This document shows, one piece after another, positions 48,653 to 58,585 of a stretch of 64,000 nucleotides of DNA. The notes beneath the pieces were generated by a model that saw nothing but the letters and a program-made list of their open reading frames with translations, ran no database searches and was not told where the DNA came from. The DNA is taken from positions 1-64,000 of the forward strand of contig CAXXNO010000001.1 in NCBI GenBank assembly GCA_963663235.2, written 5' to 3'. Source of the DNA: Dehalococcoidia bacterium (GTDB taxonomy: Bacteria > Chloroflexota > Dehalococcoidia > Bin125). The first letter of the stretch is position 1. Each line of letters starts with the position of its first letter. Both the position numbers and the translations under genes were made by a program.

Positions 48653-49834
48653 CTATGCGCCGGCCTCGTCCGGCGCCGGCTCCTCCGTCGGCTCGTCGCC
48701 ACCCGGCTGGCCGTCGGTCGGCTCTTCGCTCGCGGGATCGCCCTCCGGCGGCTCCCCCTCGGGAGGGGCTTCCGCATCGGGCAACTCGCCGTCCGGCGCC
48801 GCCTCGTCCGCCGTCGTGAAGGTGAAGCCGACCGGGATCGTGATCACCGTCCCGGCGTCAATGCGGTCGCTGTTCGTCAGGCCGTTGTAGACCGCGATCG
48901 CCTCCACCGTCGTGCCGAACTCCAGCGCCAGCGCGAACAGCGAGTCGCCCGGCCCGATCTCCCGCTCGACCAGGTCCGGCCACGCCAGCAACTCCTCGAC
49001 GACCTCCGGCGGCAGTTCGGGCACGCCGCCCCCAGCGACCGCTCCGTCCGTCTCCGCGGGCGGCGGCGCGGGCAACTCGATCGTGAACCCGACCGGGATC
49101 TGGAGCAGTTGCCCCTCGACGATGCTGCCCGCGTCCTCGATCCCGTTGTAGGCCGCAATCGCCTCCACCGTCGTGCCGAACTCCGACGCCAGCGCCCCGA
49201 GCGAGTCGCCCGCTTCCACCACGCGCTCCGTGATCTCCGGCCACGCCCGCAGCGCGTCCAACGGGTCCAGCCGCCCCTCGGTGACCGTCCCTTCGGCCAC
49301 CGCCTCAGCCTCCTCGGATGCCCCCGCCGCCGCCACGCCGCTGCCGGCTTCCACTGCGGCCTCATCGGAGGCGTCGGTCCCGTCGGGGATCTGCACGGCG
49401 ACGCCCGGAGATGCAGTCGGGGCTATCGCGTCCCCGCCGTCCCGGATGAGCGCCACGACCGCCCCCAGCACCGCCGGGATCACCACTACGAAAACGGCGA
49501 TCGCCACCGCCTTGCGCCGCTCGATCTGGGGAATCTTGGGTAGCAGCGAGCGGGAAGGTGGCGGCGGCGCGTCCCGGCGCCCGCGGAACACCTGGCAGCC
49601 CTGGAAGCGCGCGTGCAGGCAGAACGCGGCCTGGTAGGCGGGATGCACCGGCGCCGGCGCCTGCCCCTTGAGACACACATGATCGCGACGCACATGGTCC
49701 GCCGACGTGGCGGGGTCGTCGAGCAGCCCCAGATAGGGGCAGCTCACGGACGGACGTTGCGGGGCGGCATCGGTGTCGACCTCGCTCCCTTCGGCACCGG
49801 CGCCTCTCTCCACGTGCCTCCCAGCTTCACTCAC
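48653..49834 (-). CDS. Membrane-anchored LysM protein with N-terminal Cys/His domain
   Basis: CPYLGL.DD......V...HVC......P....YQ..FCL...F..C..F, one TM helix, two LysM repeats (GDSL..LA.EFGTTVEAIA.YNG). Confidence 0.82.
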   Translation of the reverse strand: MSEAGRHVERGAGAEGSEVDTDAAPQRPSVSCPYLGLLDDPATSADHVRRDHVCLKGQAPAPVHPAYQAAFCLHARFQGCQVFRGRRDAPPPPSRSLLPKIPQIERRKAVAIAVFVVVIPAVLGAVVALIRDGGDAIAPTASPGVAVQIPDGTDASDEAAVEAGSGVAAAGASEEAEAVAEGTVTEGRLDPLDALRAWPEITERVVEAGDSLGALASEFGTTVEAIAAYNGIEDAGSIVEGQLLQIPVGFTIELPAPPPAETDGAVAGGGVPELPPEVVEELLAWPDLVEREIGPGDSLFALALEFGTTVEAIAVYNGLTNSDRIDAGTVITIPVGFTFTTADEAAPDGELPDAEAPPEGEPPEGDPASEEPTDGQPGGDEPTEEPAPDEAGA

Positions 49835-50013
49835 CGCCGCCCGGCCATTGTCCCCGCCACCCGCCGCACACGGCAACCACCCTCCGCAGCGATTTCCAGT
49901 TGCGTTATGCCGAATCCCGATCGTACAGTGGCGGTTCGCCTGCCTCGATCAGGGCGGGCGGTGGCGGAGGGGTAGCGAGGAAGCGATCGATTCGCCCTCG
50001 AGCGACGTCAGTC

Positions 50014-51909
50014 GTGATCCGGCGGGCAGCGATCGTGCTCGGCCTGGTCTGCGCTGTCCTATCACCGGTCGTCGCCTCTGCTGACACCTATCGTGTGCAG
50101 CCCGGCGACACGCTGTCCTCCATTGCCGGCCAACTCGACATCAGCGTCGATCTGCTGTTGCTGCTCAATTCCGACATCGAGTCGCCCGACCAGGTGTTCG
50201 TCGGCCAACTGCTCACCGTACCGGATCAAGACTCGCAGACCGTAAGCCCGTCCGCCGTCCGCGTGGTCCACACCGTGCAGCCCGGCGACACCCTGAGCGC
50301 GCTCGCGAGCCTGTACGGAGTGACGCAGGCGGCGATCCTGGCGCTCAACCCCGGCCTGGACCCGGACCTTCTGATCGTCGGAACCTCGATCGTCGTCCGC
50401 GACGACTCCGCCGCTGCCCCCACTGCCGCTCCCACTGCCGCTCCCGCTGCCGACCGCTGGCCCTACGTAGTCCAGCCGGGCGACACCTTCAGCGGCCTCG
50501 CGGCGCGCTTCGGCGTTTCGCTGGACCATCTGCTGGCGCTGAACCCAGACAGCCCCCCCGATCGGCTCCTGGTCGGCGACACGATCTTCGTCCCCGCCGG
50601 GGACAGCGCCGGGGACAGCGTCGCCCCGCCGCAAGAGCCCTCCGGCCCGGCCACCGTCGACTACGTGGTCCAGCCCGGCGATACCTACAGCGGCATCGCC
50701 GCCCGCTTCGGTCTCAGCACGGCAGAACTGCTCGCCCTCAACCCCGAGACGCCCCCCAACCGCCTCCTCGCCGGTGGGGTCATTCGCGTGCCCGCCGCGT
50801 CTCCGCTGGAGACGCCGATCGACGCCCCCGTTGTGGCGCCGGAACCCGAGCCGGACCTGACGATCTACGTGGTCGTTGCCGGCGACACCGCCTACGCCAT
50901 CGCCGCGACCTTCGGCCTCTCTCTCGCGGAGCTGGCGGCGCTCAACCCCAGCATCGATCTGAACCTGCTCCCCGTGGGCCAGACGCTGGTGGTCCCGGAC
51001 GTCGCCGCCGGGCTGGGCTGGGCGCCGGCGCAGGATCCCAGCGCAGCCCTCTACGTCGTCCAGCCCGGCGATACGCTGAGCGGCCTGGCCGAATCGGCCG
51101 GCATCAGCGTCGAGGCCTTGCTCGCCCTGAACCCCAGCCTGGACGCCGACCTCCTGCCCGTCGGCGCCGAGATCGTGCTCCCCGGCGTCCAGTCGGTCCC
51201 CTCCGCCTCGACGACGGTGATCATCGAGGTAGGGGACTCGATCGAGTACCTAGCGGCTCGTTTGGGGGTGCTCCCCCACACGCTCCTCGCGAACAACCCC
51301 CACATCGCCGGGTCCGGCTTCATCCCAGCCGGCACAGCGCTGGTCATCCCCAACCGCGAGGGCGTGCTCGTCACCGTTCAGCCCGGCGACACCCTCTCCG
51401 CGATCGCCGAGCGCAACGGCACGACCGTGGAGGCCATCCTGGCCGACCCGCGCAACGGCGTCTCCGACGCCAACCGCCTGATCATCGGGCAGGAGTTGAT
51501 CGTCCCCATCGCCGTGCCCCCATTCATCTGGCCGGTCCAGGGCGATATCACGGACACGTTCGGCGTCTGCCGGGCCTCGGATTGCTCCATCCGCCACCAC
51601 GGGCTGGACATCAGTCAGCGCAACAACCCGGGCGGTCCCGTGCTCGCGGCGGCCGGCGGCGTCGTCACGTTCGTCGGCGGCACCTACTGCTGCGGCCTGG
51701 GCCTCTACGTGGAGATCGACCACGGCGGCGGCTGGAAGAGCCGCTACGCCCACCTCTCGCAAATCGACGTGGTGGTGGAGGGCCAGGTGGTGGCGCAGGG
51801 CGAGGTCATCGGCAATACGGGCTGCACCGGTTGGTGTACCGGGGTGCACCTGCACCTAGAGCTCGAGCACAACGGCTGGCTGCTGGACGCCCGGAACTAC
51901 CTGCCTTAG
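50014..51909 (+). CDS. Secreted multi-LysM (about 8) M23 peptidase
   Basis: Signal peptide ...VASA-DT, eight V.PGDT/GDS...A...G.....L..LN repeats, HHGLDI, YAHLS, CTGVHLHLE; start uncertain. Confidence 0.9.
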   Translation: MIRRAAIVLGLVCAVLSPVVASADTYRVQPGDTLSSIAGQLDISVDLLLLLNSDIESPDQVFVGQLLTVPDQDSQTVSPSAVRVVHTVQPGDTLSALASLYGVTQAAILALNPGLDPDLLIVGTSIVVRDDSAAAPTAAPTAAPAADRWPYVVQPGDTFSGLAARFGVSLDHLLALNPDSPPDRLLVGDTIFVPAGDSAGDSVAPPQEPSGPATVDYVVQPGDTYSGIAARFGLSTAELLALNPETPPNRLLAGGVIRVPAASPLETPIDAPVVAPEPEPDLTIYVVVAGDTAYAIAATFGLSLAELAALNPSIDLNLLPVGQTLVVPDVAAGLGWAPAQDPSAALYVVQPGDTLSGLAESAGISVEALLALNPSLDADLLPVGAEIVLPGVQSVPSASTTVIIEVGDSIEYLAARLGVLPHTLLANNPHIAGSGFIPAGTALVIPNREGVLVTVQPGDTLSAIAERNGTTVEAILADPRNGVSDANRLIIGQELIVPIAVPPFIWPVQGDITDTFGVCRASDCSIRHHGLDISQRNNPGGPVLAAAGGVVTFVGGTYCCGLGLYVEIDHGGGWKSRYAHLSQIDVVVEGQVVAQGEVIGNTGCTGWCTGVHLHLELEHNGWLLDARNYLP

Positions 51910-51927
51910 GCGCTCGACGCCGACGGC

Positions 51928-53652
51928 CTAGAACCCCTGATACCGGTTCGCGATCGGGAAGCGCCGCTCCTTGCCGAAGGCCCGCGGCGTGATCTTGATC
52001 CCCGGCGCCGCCTGCCGGCGCTTATATTCCGCCGCCGTCACCAGCGACATCACACGCCGCACGTCCGGCTCCGGGTACCCCGCCGCCACGATCTCCTCCA
52101 GGCTGCGATCCTCCTCCACGAACGCTTGCAGGATCGGATCGAGCTCGGCGTAGGGCAGCAGCGACTCTTCATCCAGCTGATCGGGCCGCAGCTCGGCGCT
52201 GGGCGGCTTCTCCAGGACGGCCGGCGGGATCAGCGTGCGCCCTGCGCGCTCGTTGGCGTAGCGCGAGAGCCGCTGCACCAGGGTCTTGGGCACGTCCTGC
52301 AAGATGGCCAGGCCGCCCGTCATGTCCCCGTACAGCGTGGCGTACCCCGTGGCCGTTTCGCTCTTGTTGCTCGTGCTCAGCACCAGCCAGCCGAACTTGT
52401 TGCTCAGCGCCATGATCAGGGTTCCCCGGATGCGCGCTTGCAGGTTCTCTTCCGCAACGTTCGGGCGGGTGTCCGCAAACGCATCGTGGAGCGCGTCAAG
52501 CATGGCCTGAAACGGCTGCTCGATCGGGATCGACAGCAGCCGGATCCCCAGGTTCTCCGCCAGCTCCACGGCGTCCCGCACGCTCCCCTCCGACGAATAC
52601 CGCGACGGCATCGATACCCCGATCACCTTCTCCGCCCCCAGCGCCTCCGCCGCGATGGCCGCCGTCAGGCTGGAGTCGATGCCGCCGGACAGCGCCACGA
52701 CCGCTTGCGTGAACCGCGTCTTGTGGGCGTAATCCCGCGTGCCCAGCACCAGCGCTTCGTAGACCTCCGCCTCTTCGCGGAGCGGCTCCGGGATTGTGGA
52801 AGCGGCGAGCGGCTGGGGCCGCGTGGGACGCGGGTCGGAGACCTGGATCGCCTCGCCCGCCCGCGCCGACAGCCGCCGCAACCGTGGGTCGTGCAGCCGG
52901 ACCTGGGTCACGTACTCCACGTCCAGGTCCGCCATCAGCATCGTCTCTTGGAAGAGCGGCGCCGCCGTCACCAGCTCCCCTTCCGGATCAAGGATCATGC
53001 TGCCGCCGTCGAATACCAGCGTGTCCTGTCCCCCAACCATGTTCAGGTAACAAACCCACACGGCGTTGTCCGACGCCCGCGTGGCCAGCATCCGTTCCCG
53101 CAAGTTCCGCTTGCCCGCGTGGAACGGCGACCCGTTGATGTTGAGGATGACTTCCGCCCCGGCCAGCGCCTGATCCTGCACCGGCCCGGACGAATACCAG
53201 ATGTCCTCGCAGATGCTCACGCCCACGCGCACGCCCGCGATGTCGAACACCGGCGCCTCGCCGCCCGGGCGGAAGTAGCGCGCCTCGTCGAAGACGCCGT
53301 ACGTCGGCAGGTGGTGCTTGTGGTACACCCCAGCCACCGCCCCATCGTGGATCACGGCGGCGGCGTTGTAGGCGTCGATGTCCAGGTCCACGAACCCCAC
53401 CACCACTGTGACGTGCCGCCCCGCCGTCGCTTCCCGCAGCCGGTCCAGCGTTTCCAGGTTGTCCCGCAGGAACCGGCCGCGCAGCACCAGGTCCTCCGGC
53501 GGGTAGCCGGTGATGGCCATCTCCGGAAAGGCCACGAGGTCCGCGCCCTGCGCCTCCGCCTCCTCCAGCCGCTCCACGATCCGGCGCAGGTTGCCTTCCA
53601 GGTCGCCGACCGTCAGGTTGATCTGCGCCAGGGCGATGCGGAGGCTACGCAT
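51928..53652 (-). CDS. nadE: Glutamine-dependent NAD+ synthetase
   Basis: Nitrilase domain (FPEM..TGYPPED, YHKHHLP, ICEDIW) fused to synthetase (LSGGIDS, ENLQARIR, NKSE...GYATLYGD, KPPSAELRPDQ). Confidence 0.96.
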   Translation of the reverse strand: MRSLRIALAQINLTVGDLEGNLRRIVERLEEAEAQGADLVAFPEMAITGYPPEDLVLRGRFLRDNLETLDRLREATAGRHVTVVVGFVDLDIDAYNAAAVIHDGAVAGVYHKHHLPTYGVFDEARYFRPGGEAPVFDIAGVRVGVSICEDIWYSSGPVQDQALAGAEVILNINGSPFHAGKRNLRERMLATRASDNAVWVCYLNMVGGQDTLVFDGGSMILDPEGELVTAAPLFQETMLMADLDVEYVTQVRLHDPRLRRLSARAGEAIQVSDPRPTRPQPLAASTIPEPLREEAEVYEALVLGTRDYAHKTRFTQAVVALSGGIDSSLTAAIAAEALGAEKVIGVSMPSRYSSEGSVRDAVELAENLGIRLLSIPIEQPFQAMLDALHDAFADTRPNVAEENLQARIRGTLIMALSNKFGWLVLSTSNKSETATGYATLYGDMTGGLAILQDVPKTLVQRLSRYANERAGRTLIPPAVLEKPPSAELRPDQLDEESLLPYAELDPILQAFVEEDRSLEEIVAAGYPEPDVRRVMSLVTAAEYKRRQAAPGIKITPRAFGKERRFPIANRYQGF

Positions 53653-53690
53653 GGGCTTGATTGCTGCTCCGCCTTGGTGCTCGGATCGAC

Positions 53691-53711
53691 TTAGTGTCAC
53701 AAGAACACTAA
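53691..53711. promoter_or_regulatory. NrtR-type operator upstream of nadE
   Basis: 21-bp palindrome TTAGTGT-CACAAGA-ACACTAA with the GT-N7-AC core characteristic of NrtR boxes. Confidence 0.75.
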
Positions 53712-53814
53712 CTCTAAGAGTAACCGTCGGCGGCCGTCAATCGGCGCTCGCCCGCCCGGCGCTCGCCGCAACAGTCGCGCCAACGATACACTCGACGCAC
53801 TGAGTCGTTCGCCC

Positions 53815-54780
53815 ATGACCGATCCATCGTCCCAGCCTGCCGTCGCCTTGAACGGCGCCACCTTCTTGTACGAGGGCGGCCGCGGCGTTCACGACGTCAC
53901 GCTGTCCCTCGCTCCCGGGACGATCCTGGGGTTGCTCGGGCCCAACGGCTCCGGCAAGAGCACCATCCTCAGCATGGTGGCCGGGTTCCGCACGCCTGCG
54001 AGCGGCTCGGTGCGCGTGCTGGGGGCGCACTTGACGTCCCAGGCGCGCGCGCGCATGGGACTCCTCTTTCAGGAGTCGAGTCTGGACCCCCTCATGACCG
54101 TGCAAGAGACGCTGTGGCTGCACGGCCGCCTCTTCGGGCTGGGCGGCGGCGCGCTGCGCGCCCGCTCGCGCGAGCTCCTGCGGCTCGTCGGCCTCGACGA
54201 TCGCCACCACGATGCGGTCGAGACCCTGTCCGGCGGGCTCAAGCGCCGCCTGGAGCTGGCCCGCTGTCTCCTGCACCGGCCCACGCTGCTCCTGCTTGAT
54301 GAGCCCACGATCGCCCTGGACCCGGACTCCCGGGTCCAGCTCTGGGACCTGCTCCAGGCCGTCAACGCCGAGGGCGCCGCCCTCCTCCTGGCCACCAACG
54401 ACGTAGCCGAGGCGGAGCGCTACTGCCACACCGTCGCCTTCCTCGACCGCGGGCGCCTGGTTCGCGAGGGCGCGCCCGCCGACCTCAAGCGCAACCTGCG
54501 CCGCGACTCCGTCCGCATCGACTGGCCCCAGCCGCCCCCCGACATCGACGGCGCGCTGATGGGCTGGGACGGCGTCGGCGGCGTCACTTGGGCCCCGCCC
54601 ATGCTCCACGTCACGGTCGACGACGCCTCCACTTTCGTGCCGGCGCTGTTCGCCGTCTCCGGGGGCGGCATTCGCGGCCTGCGCATCCACGAGTCGACGC
54701 TAGAGGACGCCTACTTCCAACTGGTCGGCGCCCCCTTCTCGCCCAACGGGGCCGCGGGCGGAACGGACCCGCCGGAGTGA
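53815..54780 (+). CDS. ABC-2 type exporter ATP-binding protein
   Basis: GPNGSGKST, LSGGLKRRLELAR, LLDEPT, STLEDAY. Confidence 0.9.
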   Translation: MTDPSSQPAVALNGATFLYEGGRGVHDVTLSLAPGTILGLLGPNGSGKSTILSMVAGFRTPASGSVRVLGAHLTSQARARMGLLFQESSLDPLMTVQETLWLHGRLFGLGGGALRARSRELLRLVGLDDRHHDAVETLSGGLKRRLELARCLLHRPTLLLLDEPTIALDPDSRVQLWDLLQAVNAEGAALLLATNDVAEAERYCHTVAFLDRGRLVREGAPADLKRNLRRDSVRIDWPQPPPDIDGALMGWDGVGGVTWAPPMLHVTVDDASTFVPALFAVSGGGIRGLRIHESTLEDAYFQLVGAPFSPNGAAGGTDPPE

Positions 54781-55577
54781 GCGGCGTCGTCGCCACCGCC
54801 GTGGCTTGCAGCGCACTCTTGCAGCGCGACCTCCGGGCCTTCGTGCGCTCCCGCTCGCAGCTCTACTCGTCCGTGCTGCTGCCCCTGATGCTGCTGGCGA
54901 TCTTGGGGACGGGCGTCTCCGATGGCCTCGACCCCGCGTCCGAGATCATTCGCGACGGCGACTACGTCTCCTACCTCGCGCCGGGCATGATCGCGCTGAC
55001 GGCGCTCTTCTCCTCCACCTTCTCCAGCGCCTCCTTCTACCGCGACCGCGACAGCGGCATGCTGCGCACCTTCCTCGCCTCGCCCCACGGCCCGCGCACG
55101 ATCTTGCTCGGCAAGGCTCTCGCGGCCGTGGTCATCGGAACGGTGCAGGCGCTGCTCATCCTGGCGGTGGCGGTGGTGATTCCGGGCATCGATCTGGGCT
55201 GGCAGTACGGCTGGGTGGGCGGTCTGGGGATGGTGATCGCGGGCGTGCTCGCCCTGAACCTTTTGCTTTCGGGGCTCGCCCTGCTCCTCGCCACCCGCAT
55301 CCGCACCATGCAGGGCTTCCACCTGGTCATGAACCTGGTGCTCTTCCCCCTCTTCTTCCTCTCGGGAGCGTTCTTCCCCTTGCAGGAACTGCCCGATTGG
55401 CTCTACGTGCTGGGCTTGATCAATCCGCTCACGTACGCGGTCGATCTCCTGCAGACGGCAGCCTATGCGGAGAACACGCGCGGCTTCATCGGCCCGGCGA
55501 TCGACTTCGCGGTACTGGGTGGGCTCGCCTTGCTGCTCTTCACGGTCGGGCTCCGGCGCCATCCGCGCCTCATCTGA
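54777..55577 (+). CDS. ABC-2 type exporter permease
   Basis: YLAPGM, DRDSG.L...LASP, PLFFLSGAFFP, NPLTYAVD. Confidence 0.9.
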   Translation: MSGVVATAVACSALLQRDLRAFVRSRSQLYSSVLLPLMLLAILGTGVSDGLDPASEIIRDGDYVSYLAPGMIALTALFSSTFSSASFYRDRDSGMLRTFLASPHGPRTILLGKALAAVVIGTVQALLILAVAVVIPGIDLGWQYGWVGGLGMVIAGVLALNLLLSGLALLLATRIRTMQGFHLVMNLVLFPLFFLSGAFFPLQELPDWLYVLGLINPLTYAVDLLQTAAYAENTRGFIGPAIDFAVLGGLALLLFTVGLRRHPRLI

Positions 55578-55584
55578 GCCGCCC

Positions 55585-56541
55585 CTACAGCACCACCTCA
55601 TCGACGGCGGCCGCGATGAACAGCAACGGCAAGTAGATGATCGAGTACCAGAAGAGGGTCATCGGCGCGATACGGCCTCGCCACAGGCGTCCCGCCAGCG
55701 CGATGAAGAGCAGGCCCAGCGCGATCGCCACGCCCAGATAGAGCCACCCCGCCGCTCCCACCGCCACCAGCAGCACCGAGGCGACCATCAGCGCGACGGA
55801 ATACCACAACATCTGACGCTTCGTCGCCGCCTCGCCGACGGCCACCGGCAACATCGGGATCCCGGCCCGCGCGTACTCATCCTTGTAGCGCAGCGCCAGC
55901 GCCCAGAAATGCGGCGGCGTCCAGAGGAAGACGATCAGGAACAGCAGCAGCGGTGCGACCTCGATGTCGCCGCGCACCGCCGCCCAGCCCACCAGCGGCG
56001 GCACCGCGCCCGCCGCGCCACCGATCACGATGTTCTGCGGCGTACGGCGCTTCAACCAGACGGTATAGACCAGCACGTAGAACGCGACGGCCGCCAGCGC
56101 CAGCGCCGCACTCAAGGCGTTGACGGCCAGCCCTAACTCCACGCCGCCCAGCGCCGCCAGCGCCAAGCCAAACAGCAGCGCCCGCCGCGGCGTGATCCGT
56201 CCCTGCGGCAGCGGCCGTCGGCGTGTGCGTGCCATGACCGCGTCGATGTCGCGGTCGAACCACTGGTTCATCGCGTTCGCCCCACCCGCGGTCAGCATGC
56301 CGCCGACCAGCGTCAGCAGGACCAGACCGGTATCGGGCCAGCCCTCCGCCGCCAGCACCATGGCGGGGACGGTCGTCACCAGCAGGAGCCACACGATCCC
56401 CGGCTTGGCCAGGGTCGTGTAGGCGTGCAGCGTGCGCCGGGCCTCTACGACCCAGCCCGCCCCCTGCGCCGCCAGCGGCGCCGGGAGCTCCGCGCCCACC
56501 GTCGCGGACGGCGACCGCATCTGCGCCGGCTTGCTAGTCAT
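55585..56541 (-). CDS. ctaB: Protoheme IX farnesyltransferase (heme o synthase)
   Basis: KPGIV.LL, NQWFDRDIDAVM.RT.RRPL, YT.WLKRRTPQNIVIGG, WTPPHFWAL. Confidence 0.95.
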   Translation of the reverse strand: MTSKPAQMRSPSATVGAELPAPLAAQGAGWVVEARRTLHAYTTLAKPGIVWLLLVTTVPAMVLAAEGWPDTGLVLLTLVGGMLTAGGANAMNQWFDRDIDAVMARTRRRPLPQGRITPRRALLFGLALAALGGVELGLAVNALSAALALAAVAFYVLVYTVWLKRRTPQNIVIGGAAGAVPPLVGWAAVRGDIEVAPLLLFLIVFLWTPPHFWALALRYKDEYARAGIPMLPVAVGEAATKRQMLWYSVALMVASVLLVAVGAAGWLYLGVAIALGLLFIALAGRLWRGRIAPMTLFWYSIIYLPLLFIAAAVDEVVL

Positions 56542-57589
56542 TGGCCCGTCTCTCCGCCATCCGCGGCCGCCACGGCCGCAGGCTGGGCCGCGGCCCGGTC
56601 CGTGCCACGGAGGGGACCCAGGCCGCTCGCTCCGCCGCCCACGCCGCCAGCACGGTTGCGCCGAGCCAGAGCGACGCCGCCACGGCCACGTGAAGCACGC
56701 GCGCCCACTCCGTGAGTGTGGTCCAGATATTAGCCGCACCGATAAACACCTGCGCCAGGTACAAGGCCCCAACCACGACCGCCAGCAGCAGGAGGCGCGG
56801 CTCCGTCCGCCGGCCTCGCCAGGCTGCGATCATCGTCGCCAGCACGACGAGTCCCACGCCGGCCGCAAGGTAGCGGTGCGCCATGTGCAGCGCCGGCCGA
56901 TCGCCCGCGGGCAGGAGACTGTCGTTGCACAGCGGCCAGCCGCCGCAGGCGAAGCCGGCCTCCGAACCCGAGACCCAGGACCCCACCAGCATTAACGCCA
57001 GCACGCTCACCAGCGTCGCGGCGGCCAGTCGCGCCGTGACGACGGCGGGCCCGCCGCCTACCCGGAGAGCGGGCCCGGCCCGCCGCGCCGAGGGCGTCGC
57101 GAAGCTGGCAAGCAATCCCACGGTGAGGAGCAGCACCAGCACGAGCGCCGTGCCCAAGTGCGCCGTCACGATCTCCGGCGGAAGATTTTCCGTGACGGTG
57201 AGCCCGCCCAGGATCACCTGCACCCCCAGCACCACCAGCGCCGCGGTGATCGGCAAGACCACCCAGGCCCGGTCCCGATGCGCCCTCCACGCGCCGATGA
57301 CGAAAGCGACGATCGCCAGCCCTACGATGCTGGCCACCAGCCGGTGCGTCCATTCGATCCACACGTGGTAGTCGCCCCCGGGTACGAGCTTGCCGTTGCA
57401 GAGCGGCCAGTCCGGGCAAGCCAGGCCGGAGTCGGTGACGCGCACGGTCGCCCCCAGTGTGATCAGGGCGACCGTTCCTGCCAGTGTGGCCATCCCCCAC
57501 AACTGGAACACGCTGGGGCGTCGCCGCCTTACGGCCCCGCTCACCGCGGTGGACCCGTCACGCTCGCGCGCCGCTCCGCGATCACGCAT
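56534..57589 (-). CDS. ctaA: Heme A synthase (COX15/CtaA)
   Basis: G.TVRVT.SGLACPDWPLCNG, IEWTHRL, Q..LGGLTV, TAHL, CGGWPLC, HMAHR. Confidence 0.9.
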   Translation of the reverse strand: MRDRGAARERDGSTAVSGAVRRRRPSVFQLWGMATLAGTVALITLGATVRVTDSGLACPDWPLCNGKLVPGGDYHVWIEWTHRLVASIVGLAIVAFVIGAWRAHRDRAWVVLPITAALVVLGVQVILGGLTVTENLPPEIVTAHLGTALVLVLLLTVGLLASFATPSARRAGPALRVGGGPAVVTARLAAATLVSVLALMLVGSWVSGSEAGFACGGWPLCNDSLLPAGDRPALHMAHRYLAAGVGLVVLATMIAAWRGRRTEPRLLLLAVVVGALYLAQVFIGAANIWTTLTEWARVLHVAVAASLWLGATVLAAWAAERAAWVPSVARTGPRPSLRPWRPRMAERRAND

Positions 57590-58529
57590 GCCGCTTTGCC
57601 AAGTCACGCACCAGGTCGCCCCGCCGCCCTTTGAAGTGTTCGTGTTCCGCCCAGTAGTACACGGTAGTCAGGATTGCGAGGAAGAACATCATGGTGCCCG
57701 GGACCCACATGACGCCGGCGCCGATGCGCTGGTCGGTGAGAGCGCTCGGGCCCCAGTCACGCGCGACATCCACGTAGATAGCGTACAGCGGGTCGTCTGT
57801 GCCGCTCAGGATCAGCGCCAGCGCAATGGTCTGCAGGACCGCCGCGATGAGCAACGCAATCCGTCCGATGTGCGCCGGTCGCAGCCGCGTGGCGTCCACC
57901 GCGACGATCAGCCACCAGAAGAGCGCCGCCGTGACGACGAAGCTGCCGTGCTCCACGCCATGGACCACTTCGTTGCGCACGGCCGCCTGGTAGGCGCCGG
58001 GCACATGCCAGACCGAGATAGCCACGACGAACAAGACCAGCGCCACCGGCGGATAGGTGAGGACGCGCAGCGCCCGGCTCTCCAGCAGCGGGATGAAATA
58101 GGTGCGCCGCACCCGCGTCGACGCCGACCGCAGCGCCAGCGTGGCCGGCGCTCCCAGCAGCAGCAGCGGCACGACCACCATGACCATCACCATGTGTTGC
58201 ACCATGTGCACCCAGAAGAGGTCGTCGCCGTAGTTGTCGATGGGCGAGACCTCCACCAGCAGCAGCAACAGCGCCCCCGCCCCGAACGCCGCCACATGCC
58301 AGGCCGGAAAGTGGAACGTCGGCGCGCACCGCCGCAGCCGCACATATCCCCAGCCGTACAGCCCCACGAGCACCGCGACGGTCACGAATCCGACCGGGGC
58401 CAGCGACCACTCCGCCAGCGCGTCGGGAAAGCGGCCGCTCACCGCTGCTCCGCCGTGCGCCAGCGCGACGCTGGGCGTCAGCGCCAGGGCAGCCGCAGCC
58501 GCGATGATCCATGTTCGGCGCCTCAGCAC
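57582..58529 (-). CDS. ctaG: caa3-type cytochrome c oxidase assembly factor
   Basis: SPID.Y...LFWVHMVQH, PLLLLG.P, WHVP..Y, H..EH, DQ.IG..MWVPG. Confidence 0.88.
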   Translation of the reverse strand: MLRRRTWIIAAAAALALTPSVALAHGGAAVSGRFPDALAEWSLAPVGFVTVAVLVGLYGWGYVRLRRCAPTFHFPAWHVAAFGAGALLLLLVEVSPIDNYGDDLFWVHMVQHMVMVMVVVPLLLLGAPATLALRSASTRVRRTYFIPLLESRALRVLTYPPVALVLFVVAISVWHVPGAYQAAVRNEVVHGVEHGSFVVTAALFWWLIVAVDATRLRPAHIGRIALLIAAVLQTIALALILSGTDDPLYAIYVDVARDWGPSALTDQRIGAGVMWVPGTMMFFLAILTTVYYWAEHEHFKGRRGDLVRDLAKRHA

Positions 58530-58585
58530 GTCCCATTCCTACCGGCGGCGCCATGGCCCACCCACTGCCCCGCGCGCACGCAAGT

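Noticed and set aside
50412-50625. Short tandem repeats (CCCACTGCCGCT-like and GCCGGGGACAGC x2) in the LysM gene
   Set aside because: In-frame 12-nt duplications encoding low-complexity linkers.
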